The notes under the pieces are model-generated. The model was not told where the DNA came from. It did no database searches and saw only the letters and a list, made by a program, of their open reading frames with translations. Shown piece after piece: positions 54,500 to 64,000 of a stretch of DNA of 64,000 nucleotides; within the stretch, counting starts at the first letter, position 1; each line of letters starts with the position of its first letter. The DNA is from Chiloscyllium plagiosum (Eukaryota). The stretch is from the NCBI RefSeq assembly GCF_004010195.1, contig NC_057728.1, positions 47,349,305 through 47,413,304 on the forward strand, given 5' to 3'. Both the position numbers and the translations under genes were made by a program.

Positions 54500-55640
54500 T
54501 TTGGAACCTCTATCCTCTTGGTATTTTGATTTTCTACTCTGTCATCCGCAAATTCAGAAACCATATATTCTGTCTCCTCGTTCAAATCGTTTTCATGAAT
54601 TGTAAATTTGATCCCCCCACACATCACTCATTATATCTTGCCAACCGGAAAGATCAATGTATGCCTACAGTTTCCTGTCAGCTAGCCAATCTTCCGCCTA
54701 GACTAGTGTCACCTCCTATTCCATGAGTTTTTATTTTCTGCAATAATCTTCGATGTGACATCTTATCAAAAGCCGTCCAGTTCCCTTCAATGTATGCACT
54801 TACTTATCCAAAGAACTCTCATAATTAGTTAAACATAATCTCCCTTTCACAAAACTCTGCCTGGTTACCTTGACTTTTTCTAAGTACCCGCTATAACATC
54901 TTTAATAATAGTTTCTAAACATTATTTTCTATGACAGATTTTAAACTACTGGCCTGCCACTAATTGATTTCTGTTTGCTTTCTCTATTTTCAAAATTAAC
55001 AGAATAGTCTCTAAATCTAGGAACAGTTGGAAAGTTAAACCTAATGCATCAGCTATCATACTAGCTACTTTTTAAAGCCTCTACCATAAAGTCCATCAGC
55101 ACCCATTTGGCATAAGACTTTATTTGGCTCTTGCCCAATTAAGTTCACACATTGCTATTATGTCAGGGACAGGTAAATCCCACCCCTGGTATACCAGAGA
55201 ATTCTAACTGGACAAATGAAATTGCATTGAATTGCACTTTCACAAAAAGTAGCACAGGATCACAGAAAGGTTTCAGTAAAGAAAGAGGTTATTCAGCCTA
55301 TAATGTCTGTGCTCAACTCTTGAAGGAGAAATCTACCTCCTTCCACTCTCCTGCCTTTTCTCCAAATACTTGCAAGTTTTTATTCTTCAGATACTGATAA
55401 AATTCCTTTTTGAATGCTTCAGTTGATCCAGGTTCACCATACTCTCAGACAATGCATTCCCAATCCTAACCACTCACTATACAACAAGGCTCACCTTCAC
55501 TTTTGCTAATCACCTTAAATCGCTGCCTTATGGTCTTGACCATTCTATCGATGGAAGCAGTTTCTCCTGATTTACTCTATCCAGACTCATCATGATTTCA
55601 AATAGTTCCAGCAAATAACTTCTCAACTTTCTCTTCCAAG
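54500..55640 (-). mobile_element. Old CR1-type LINE remnants (several pieces)
   Basis: Degenerate SEFADD motif and CR1 3'-end sequence on the minus strand. Confidence 0.55.
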
Positions 55641-55661
55641 AAAACATTCCAAACTCTCTAG

Positions 55662-56452
55662 TCATAGAGAAACAGACCCTTCGGTCCAACTCGTCCATGT
55701 TGACCAGATATCCCAACCTAATGTAGTCTCATTTGCCAGCACTTGGCCCATATCTCTCTCAACCCTTCCTATACATATACCCATCCAGATGCCTTTTTAA
55801 TGCTGTAATTCCACCAGTTCCTCTGGCAGCTCATTCCGTACATGCACCACGCTCTGTGTGAAAAAGTTGCCCCTTAGGTCCCTTTTATCTGATCTAGATC
55901 CCATTGTAATCTGAGGTAACCTTCTTCACTGTCCACTACAACACCAATTTTGGTGTCATCTGCAAACTTACTAACTATACCTGCTATGTTCACATCCAAT
56001 CATTTATATAAATGATGAAAAGTAGTGGACCCAGCACCAATCCTTGTGGCATACCACTCGGCCTCCAGTCTGAAAAGCAACCCTTCACCACCATCCTCTG
56101 TCTTCTACCTTCGAGCCAGTTCTGTATTCAAATTGGTAGTTCTCCCTGTATTTCATGAGATCTTACTTTGCTAACTAGTCTGTCATGAGGAACCTTGTTG
56201 AACACCTTATTGAAGTCCATATAGATCATGTGTACTACTCTGCCCTCATCAATCCTCTTTGTTACTTCTTCAAAAACCTCAATTAAGTTTGTGAGACATG
56301 ATTTCCCATGCACAAAGCCATGCTGACTATCCCTAATCAGTCCTTGCCTTTCCAAATACATGTAAATTCTGTCCCTCAGGATTCCCTCCAACAACTTGCC
56401 CACCACTGACATCAGGCTCACCGGTCTATAGTTCCCTGGTTTTTCCTTACCC
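55662..56452 (-). mobile_element. CR1/HER1-type LINE with a large internal deletion
   Basis: KPGNYRPVSL.SVVGKLLE...SQHGF..GKSCLTNL motif; jumps at ~55890 to the 3' end. Confidence 0.92.
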
Positions 56453-57319
56453 TCATCCATGGAACCATTCTTAAGAATAATTTCTGTGCCGTTTTTAATA
56501 TTTTCACATACTATATAAAATGTGATGACTAGAAATACTGCAAATGCTGCAGTTAAGATCAAATCAGTCTTTTGTATCAGGATAGCAAACTTCCTTGCTT
56601 TGTAGCCTATGTAGTTACTGATGAAGATCAGGTGCCATTTGCTTTGTTGACCACTCTGTCAAAGGGAATGAATCATTACATCATAGACAATCAGATCCTA
56701 CCTCAAGACACCATCCCCTAGATAGCAGAAACATGATGCACAAAATGTCATTTCAACTCTCAAAATCTAACAATTATGATACCACAATTCTACTCAACAA
56801 AACAAAGTAAGAAAACTTAGGGTATCATCACTGTCCTAGGCTCCACATCTTCAGTTGTTTCATCAGTGGCATTTTCTACTTTAAAGCAATCCATTTGATG
56901 TGCAGCAAGACCTGGACAATATCCTGTGGTGGGCTAAGTTAAATAACATTCACACCATAAAAAGTTCCAGGCAATGACCAACAAGAGAGTCTCTAATCAT
57001 CTCACCTTGTAATTAAATGGCATTACTAACACTGAATCTCCCATATCTTAGGGATTTCCCTTGATGAGAAATGGAACCGGATAGCCATTTAATAATGTAG
57101 CTGCAAGAGCAGGTCTGAATCTAGAAAGTCCATGGTAAATAACAGACCCCCTGACTTCCTATTTCCTGCCCACAATCTACAAGACAGGAGTGTGGTGGAA
57201 TACTTTTCATTCGGTCGGATGAGTGCAGATCTAACAACAGCACAACAATTGAGAAGCTCAGCGCCATCCTGAGAGAGGCTACCCATTTGACACATCACTA
57301 TCAGCTTAGAAAAATCACT

Positions 57320-57513
57320 GTCGCGAGTGTAGTGCTGGAAATGCACAGCAGGTCAGCCAGCATCCGAGGAGCAGGAGAATCGACGTTTCGGGCGTAAGCC
57401 CATCATCAGAAATCCTGATTCTTCTGCGCCTCGGATGCTGTCTGACCTCCTGTGCTTTTCTAGCAACACACTCTCCACTCTGATCTCCAGCATCTGCAGT
57501 CGTCACTTTTTCC
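57320..57513 (+). mobile_element. Palindromic element, family A, single-ribozyme-loop type
   Basis: Flanked by CTTAGAAAAATCACT (57305-57319) / CTTAGAAAAAATCACT (57514-57529). Confidence 0.85.
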
Positions 57514-57827
57514 CTTAGAAAAAATCACTTCTGTCTCTGACAGTACAGTGTACAATGGATTATAGTTTAGCGATGTAATGGTCCAAGCACATATTCCTCT
57601 CCCCAGATTAAAATGTTGGGGTGTGAGGCAACCAATCCAAGATCTTGACAGTTTCCCTGCAACAATTTGAAGCTGAGACTTTTGGTCTGCTTTCAGTAGG
57701 ATATCTCATCTTGGACAACTCCTGGTCAATTGGATCAGTGGCAGTTGTGTTTTCCCTGTCGAATAATCAGGAGTGTCGATCATTACTGGAGCTGCAGACA
57801 GTTCCACTAAACCAAGAATGCAGACTG

Positions 57828-58017
57828 AAAAATGTGTTGCTGGAAAAGCGCAGCAGGTCAGGCAGCATCCAAGTAGCAGGAGAATCGGGATTTCTGATGA
57901 TGGGCTTACGCCCGAAACATTGATTCTCCTGCTCCTTGGATGCTGCCTGACCTGCTGCATTTTTCCAGCAACACATTTTTCAGCTCTGATCTCCAGCATC
58001 TGCAGTCCTCACTTTCT
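57828..58017 (+). mobile_element. Palindromic element, family A, single-ribozyme-loop type
   Basis: Flanked by the 16-bp repeat CCAAGAATGCAGACTG (57812-57827, 58018-58033). Confidence 0.85.
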
Positions 58018-58074
58018 CCAAGAATGCAGACTGTCCCAGTCAAAGTGGTGTTCTTCCTCACCCTCTCTCACTAT

Positions 58075-58448
58075 TATCCTTACATACGGATGAGGAAGAC
58101 ACCACTTTGACTGGTACAACACATCCATCCTAGGACAAGCCAAACAAAGACACGCACAAGAATTCCTACTGAAACGCTATCAACAAACACATCGAGTTAG
58201 ACTCCATCTACCACCCCCTGAGAAAAGGAACAGGAAGTGACTTCACCACAGGAAATGACATCACTAACCCAAAGAAACCCAAACATATAAATGGAAAGCA
58301 AGAATTTTCAGCATTGCTTCGCCAGAGGCCCACTGAAGGTGTTACCTAGTAGAGTAACGAAACGTTTGGAAATGAACCTTCCAGCTCAGCGAGCAAACCT
58401 ACAACCAAAACCTCAGCCTGAGCTACAAATCTTCTCAAAACTCACTAA
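58075..58448 (+). mobile_element. Penelope-like element 3' end (GIY-YIG C-terminus plus terminal repeat)
   Basis: Frameshifted HHFDWYNTSILGQAKQRHAQEFL...NAINKHIELDSIYHPLR, typical of PLE endonuclease ends. Hammerhead-like core at 58330-58369. Confidence 0.8.
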
Positions 58449-58581
58449 AACCTAGAGCTCCCTTGATAACAGCAGTGTGTACTTAACCAGATGGAACACA
58501 GTTCAAGATGCTAACTCATCACCAAAAGCAATTAGAGATATGCAACAATGGCTAGCCTTGCCAAGGTTGCTTAAATCCTGC

Positions 58582-59185
58582 AGGTTAGCACTGCTGCCTC
58601 GTAGTGCCAGAGACCCGGGTTCAATTCCCGCCTCAGGCGACTCTCTGTGTGGAGTTTGCACATTCTCCCCGTTTCTGCATGGGTTTCCTCCGGGTGCTCC
58701 GGTTTTCTCCCACAATCCAAAAATGTGCAGGTTAGGTGAATTGGCCATGCTAAATTGCCCGTAGTGTTAGGTGAAGGGGTAAATGTAGGAGAATGGGTCT
58801 GGGTGGGTTACGCTTTGGCGGGTCGGTGTGGACTTGTTGGGCTGAAGGGCCTGTTTCCGCACTGTAAGTAATCTAATCTAATAACTCCAGGAACTTGGAT
58901 TCAATTCCAGCCTCGGGCAACAGTCTGTGTGGAGTTTGCACATTCTCCCTGTGTCTATGTGGGTTTCCTCCTGATGTTACGATTTCCTCCCACAGTCCAA
59001 AGATGTGCAGGTTAGGTGAACTGGCCATGCTAAATTGCCCATAGTGTTCAGGGATGTGTAGGTTAGATGCATTAGTCAGGGGTAAATATGGGATAGGAGA
59101 ATGGGTCTGAGCGGGTTGCTCTTCAGAGGGTCGCTATGGACTTGTTGGGCCAAAGGACCTTTTTCCACACTGCAGGGATTCTATG
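58582..59185 (+). mobile_element. Two tandem HE1-type SINEs (58582-58882, 58885-59185)
   Basis: Two successive B-box/V-domain/tail units. Confidence 0.9.
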
Positions 59186-60525
59186 GTGGCATGAAAGAAT
59201 GAAGAGGGAAAACATAGCATCATCAAGCAAATTTTCACAAGACAGATAACAAAATGATGTCCAAAACAGGTGAGAACCTCACCAAGGTATTAGTACTGGA
59301 CTGCTTATGACTGGTCATGACTGGATCACATTCTAGGAAAGGGCTCCCATGACCATAGCAGTGACGAGCCTACCAGTTTCTGTGGTTGCCTCAATGTTGT
59401 TGGTGAGAGTGAGAGGCAGAATGTGCACAGCAAGAAAGAGAGTTATCTTTTTAGGCCAATGATCTTCGGCTGGAATTGGTGACTGAACTAGGTAGCTTGA
59501 GGTACATTGGGAGCACATTGAAAAGTAAGTGGCTATACAGCAGGGAAGTGGTGAATAATTATGTGGTTTGTAGCAACAAGAAGGGGTGTCTTGTAATTGA
59601 GGAGCATGTGATGTTCTGGGGCTTGGCAGATCTGAAGTTATAATCCCTTGAATTGACTCATTCTGATAAAAGACTGACTGACTTCTGGTCACCAATGCCA
59701 ACTATATAGATTATTTTAGACCGTAGAATATTCACATGCAAACTCATATACTGGACACTTTATCAAGACTCATATTCCAATGTGGCAGATAAATATTTTT
59801 GTTAGACATATGAACGGATTTGATACCATGTAACAACTGATAACATTTTAATATAAGGGTTTATTTTAATACTTTGCAGAGGTAATTACAAGATGCAGAT
59901 CATCAATATCAACCCCGTTGATTGTGCAATAAACGAGAAAGCATGACTCACTCCTGCAATACCTGAGACCAAAATACTGTCTGCCTTGTACAAGAAAAAA
60001 AGAATGAGTAAGTGCTGCAAAAATGAACAAAGAAAAATTATAACCTTCTCAATCCAATTCTGGATGAGCAAATGTTTAATTACATACTTTCCATACTAAC
60101 CCCCTTATCAGAAGATATGTATCAAAGTGATAGCTGTATGTGATTCTGAATAAAATTAGATTACTAACTTCGAAAAAAGTTGCATTGAATACCTGGTACT
60201 TCTTTTGCAACACATGTGAAATGCAATAGCATATTAAAAAGACTGTTTTAGGGAGTGAACGATTAAGATTTTGAACATGTTGTCTGATATTGGGAGGGGA
60301 CAGGCTGAATTGAGGTCCTCAAAAGATATTTGGATAATTATCTGAGGAGAAATAAGTTGCATGGCTGTGGAAAAAGGGCACAGGCTGAGTTGCGCTTATA
60401 GAGAACTGGCATGGACAAGATAAGCTGAATGATCTCCTTACATGCTGTAACTTCCTATGATTCTTCTCTGGCAATTTGACAGAAAGTAAAAGAAAAGTTC
60501 AACATCAAAACCATCATTTATCTTT

Positions 60526-60682
60526 GGAAGCACACTAGCTTTCGGAGTGTCGCTCCTTCATCAGGTGGTAGTGTCGCGACGCTCCGAAAGCTAGTGTGCT
60601 TCCAATTATACCTGTTGGACTATAACCTGGTGTTGTGAGATTTTTAACTTTGTACACCCCAGTCCAACATCGGCATCTCCAA
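60526..60682 (+). mobile_element. Palindromic element, family B
   Basis: Arms GGAAGCACACTAGCTTTCGGAG / CTCCGAAAGCTAGTGTGCTTCC; 13-bp repeat ATCATTTATCTTT at 60513-60525 and 60683-60695. Relatives at ~9385-9465, 10715-10795 and 51030-51185. Confidence 0.82.
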
Positions 60683-60914
60683 ATCATTTATCTTTACTTC
60701 AAGTGATTGTTTTGTTCATTATTTCTTTTTAATCATTCTTCATTCTCATCCAAGTTACTACCTCAGATTTTTCTATTTCAGATCAAAGAGAGGGTGGATA
60801 ATAGTTTTACTGTACATGAAACATTTTGTTCTTTGCTACCAATTCCAAAGAAAACTTTGGAATAATGCAATGTCTTCAACAGGATCAAACACTGTGCCCT
60901 TCTAAATATGCCAT

Positions 60915-61240
60915 GGGTGGCTTAGTGGCTCATGATTAGTATTGCTGCCTCAAGGTGCTAGGGACCCAGGTTCGATTCCAGGCCCAGGCAACTGTTTGCA
61001 TGGAGTTTGCACATTTTCCCCAGGTCTGTGCAGGTTTCTTGTGGGTGCTCTAGTTTCCTACTACAGTGCAAAGATGCACAGGTTATGTGGACTAGCCATG
61101 CTAAATTGCCCAGAATGTAGAGGCTAGGTGGATTAGCCATGGTAAAGGCAAGATTATAAGGATAGTGTAAGGGAGTGGGTCTGGGTGGGATGCTCTTCAG
61201 AAGATTAGTGTGGATTTGATGGGCCAAATAGAAACCTTAG
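60915..61240 (+). mobile_element. HE1-type SINE (diverged)
   Basis: GGTTCGATTCC B box plus V-domain. Confidence 0.85.
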
Positions 61241-61699
61241 GGTTTCCAACATATATGTTTTCATAAAAGCTATGTCTGAGGCAATGCATATTTTTGGGCA
61301 GCCCTGGTATTAACATTGGCCCCATGGCAGCAGCAGCAGGGATCACCAACAAGGCAAATGAAACCAGCATCAGATCCAGTTTCACAAAATACAAGGTCTT
61401 GTAAGAGCTCTTGACTTTCTCTTGTAAATTTCCTTCAAAGCCAGCAACTTCTTTCAACGAAGGGCCTTTTTGCATGAAGCTTTTGGGTTTTAGCTTGGCA
61501 ATTTTGCAGAAGTCTTGACTGAAGCTGAATGTGTATAACAGTTGCTCCTGATCACAACTGGGATCATAATAATTAGGAACTCTTGGCAGGAGTTCAAATC
61601 ACTGGAATTAAAAGGGGTCCATGTCTTTCTATCTTTTTAAAACAACAGTTGTGTGGTGGTTCTGGACATAAAGCAGATGTGTTTTAGTGAATTTTATTG

Positions 61700-62650
61700 G
61701 AAGATGGCTTTGAATTTAACTTTTTTTTGGATGGTGCAAGTTATAATAGTGGATTATTTGAAATCTTTGACTAAAGCTAAACTGAGTGTTAGTGGCTTAA
61801 TTGAACATTGAAGTAAAAGCATGAATTATAAGGATGTTATGCTTCAAGTGATTAACCATCATTTAGAATTGGAAGGAAGGAACCAGAAAATATGATATCA
61901 CGAATGGAATTAGCTGGAATACAACTAGAAATGGAAAAACTGAACATAAAGTGAGATAAAAAGACTTGAACTGGAGACAGAAATACAGATTTAGAGTTAA
62001 AACAATTTAAAATGTAAAGGGAAGAAAAAGACAAATAAAGGAATTTGGAAATAAAACGTGAACACCAAAGAGAGAATATGAGTTGGCCAAAGGAAAACTT
62101 AAAGACATAGGAGGAAATAATACTTTGGAGGATACTTCTGATTTTAAAGTGGGATATAACTGTACTAAATCTACATTTAGTGCCTAAACTTACTGAAAAT
62201 GGAATCATTTGGTATTTTACCTCATTTGAGAAGAAATCTGGACAAATAAAGAGGCCAATTATTACTTTAATGTTGAGAGCATTTTGACAAGTGCAGCTAT
62301 GGCTGAGTACACTGTTTGGCTGAAGAATCATCTGCAGTGTGCAAAACTATCAGGCAATACTGAATGCTTAACAGCTTGTGCTTTAAGCTTAACAATTAAT
62401 ATTTAGGACTACAAGAAAGAAACCTCATCGGACATTTGTAGGATTTGCAAGGAAAAAGAAATGCTAGAGGATGAGTGGTTTAGACCACTAAAGCTAGAGG
62501 GAAAAAATTGAGAATATGAGGAAAAATTTGATTATGGAAGAATTCAAAAATAGCATTCCTGTAAATTTAAAACCTTACTTAAATGAGCATCAAGTATTAA
62601 GGATAAGAGAATCAGCAATCTGACAGATGACAATAATACATCACACATAA
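61700..62650 (+). mobile_element. Decayed Ty3/Gypsy (Gmr1-like) gag remnant
   Basis: Broken frames give LVPKLTENGIIWYFTSFEK (62177-), AILNA*QLVL*A*QLIFRTTRKKPHRTFVGFAR and EEFKNSIPVNLKPYLNE. These follow the recalled fish Gypsy gag pattern LVP.F.E.D...YF..FE / AIL.AYELVPEAYRQKFR..K....T..EFA / LEEFKN; an upstream Glu/Lys-rich coiled-coil stretch is also present. Confidence 0.7.
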
Positions 62651-63079
62651 TTACAATTGGGAGATCATCAAATGGAGTTGAAACCTGTCGCTCTTTGGTT
62701 AAGTCTGAGTTGTGATGCACGCTAAGCTTTCTGCCATGAATCCTCGTGCATTTTTTCACCTTATCTAACCAAATTCCCCCATGGATCACACCTTAAAATG
62801 TTGGTGTCCAATTTCCAACATGGACATTGTTTGGAGCAAGCAGAATTCAAGTACTCACACTGGCTTTTCTTGTTCAGTTTTTCCAAAGTCTAGCTTTTTT
62901 TCTCAAGTTTGGTAAGCTGGGAGACTAAATATTGATGAGGTGAGTTGCCAAACAAGAAACTTGCATGCCGCTCACAAAAATAAAGATAGGTACCGTGAAT
63001 TGATCCCAATTTCAAGATGGGGCTTGCTGTATGTATGTCACCTGATTCCACTACACAGTACTTCATTGCTTTTGAAGAA

Positions 63080-63830
63080 TCGAGAATGTGGTGCTGGAAA
63101 AGCACAGCAGGTCAGGCAGCATCAGAGGAGGAGAACAGACGTTTCAGGCAAGAGTCCTTCATAAGGAATTCACCAGTTTCCTTATTTTCCCTCCCCCCAC
63201 CTTAGATTAGATTCCATACAGTGTGGAAACAGGCCCTTCAGCCAACAAGTCTACACCGACCCTCCGAAGAGTAACCCACCCATTTTCCTCTGACTCATGC
63301 ACCTAACACTATGGACAATTTAGCATGGCCAATTCACCTGACCTGCACATCTTTGGACTGTGGGAGGAAACCAGAGCACGCGGAGGATACCCACGCAGAC
63401 ACGGAGAGAATGTGCAAACTCCACACAGACAGTCGGCCAAGACTGGAATCGAACCTGGGTCCCTAGCGCTTGTGAGGCAGCAGTGCTAACCACTGAGCCA
63501 CCGTCCCACCATCTTATCCCAGTTCCAACTTTCCAGCTCAGCACTGCCCTTATGATCTGTCCATCTTCCTTCCCACCTATCCGCTCCACCCTCCTCTCTC
63601 ACCAGTACCCCCACCTCTATCTACCTATCACACTCTCAACTACTTTGCCCCCAGACCCACCCCCTTCCATTTATCTCTCCACCCCTTCGGTTCACAAGTC
63701 TTGTTCCTGATAAAGGGCTCTTGCTCGAAATGCCAATTCTCATGCTCCTTGGATACTGCCTGACTTGCTGTGCTTTTCCAGCACCACACTCTCGACTCTG
63801 ATCTCCAGCATCTGCAGTCCTCACTTTCTC
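63080..63830 (+). mobile_element. Penelope-derived element: inverted pseudo-LTR (63080-63170), C-rich body, direct pseudo-LTR (63700-63830); interrupted by a SINE
   Basis: Same pseudo-LTR sequence as family A at both ends in opposite orientation. Confidence 0.8.
63202..63503 (-). mobile_element. HE1-type SINE inserted into a Penelope-derived element
   Basis: Full head-to-tail copy, flanked by similar CCCACC..TTA sequences. Confidence 0.88.
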
Positions 63831-64000
63831 ATACCCCTATAAGACTCTGCCCATGCAAATTCAAAAGTGCATTGAAGGAATACCAGATGGACATTATCAA
63901 TACAAAGTCATACCCCATGGAATGAAAAAGGCATTGGCAACATTCTACAGATTAACCTACAAAGTCATTGAAGGACTATGTATCTGTTGTTTACATTAAT

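Noticed and set aside
59200..60500. Possible 3' exons/UTR of the expected upstream neighbour TBC1D15
   Set aside because: No recognisable coding exon found by eye.
61852..62331. 159-aa minus-strand ORF
   Set aside because: Phe/Ser/Ile-rich antisense read of the purine-rich gag remnant.

Overview
AT-rich, repeat-dense vertebrate genomic DNA. HE1-type (V-SINE) SINEs and CR1/HER1-type LINEs point to an elasmobranch, most likely a shark (inference). Two minus-strand genes lie in the TPH2->TRHDE order known from mammals. (1) A complete 11-exon tryptophan hydroxylase 2 gene, assembled by hand: CDS 53331->15874, 1437 nt, 478 aa, open frame, all acceptors AG, eight GT donors and two consecutive GC donors (introns 9 and 10). 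(2) The first coding exon and probable 5' end of TRHDE (thyrotropin-releasing hormone-degrading ectoenzyme, M1 aminopeptidase family); the rest of that gene runs off the left edge. Introns and intergenic DNA carry CR1-type LINE fragments, a second LINE/SINE pair, HE1 SINEs, Penelope-like (GIY-YIG) fragments, a decayed Gypsy gag and about 20 short palindromic elements. The most striking non-gene signal is in the palindromic/Penelope-derived elements. Three different sequence families each carry a minimal hammerhead-ribozyme core (CUGANGA-stem II-GAAA-palindromic CG/GC-UH). Several copies have 13-16 bp target-site duplications, and two neighbouring copies carry the same ribozyme loop in opposite (flip/flop) orientation. 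Repeat boundaries are approximate and no database search was run.
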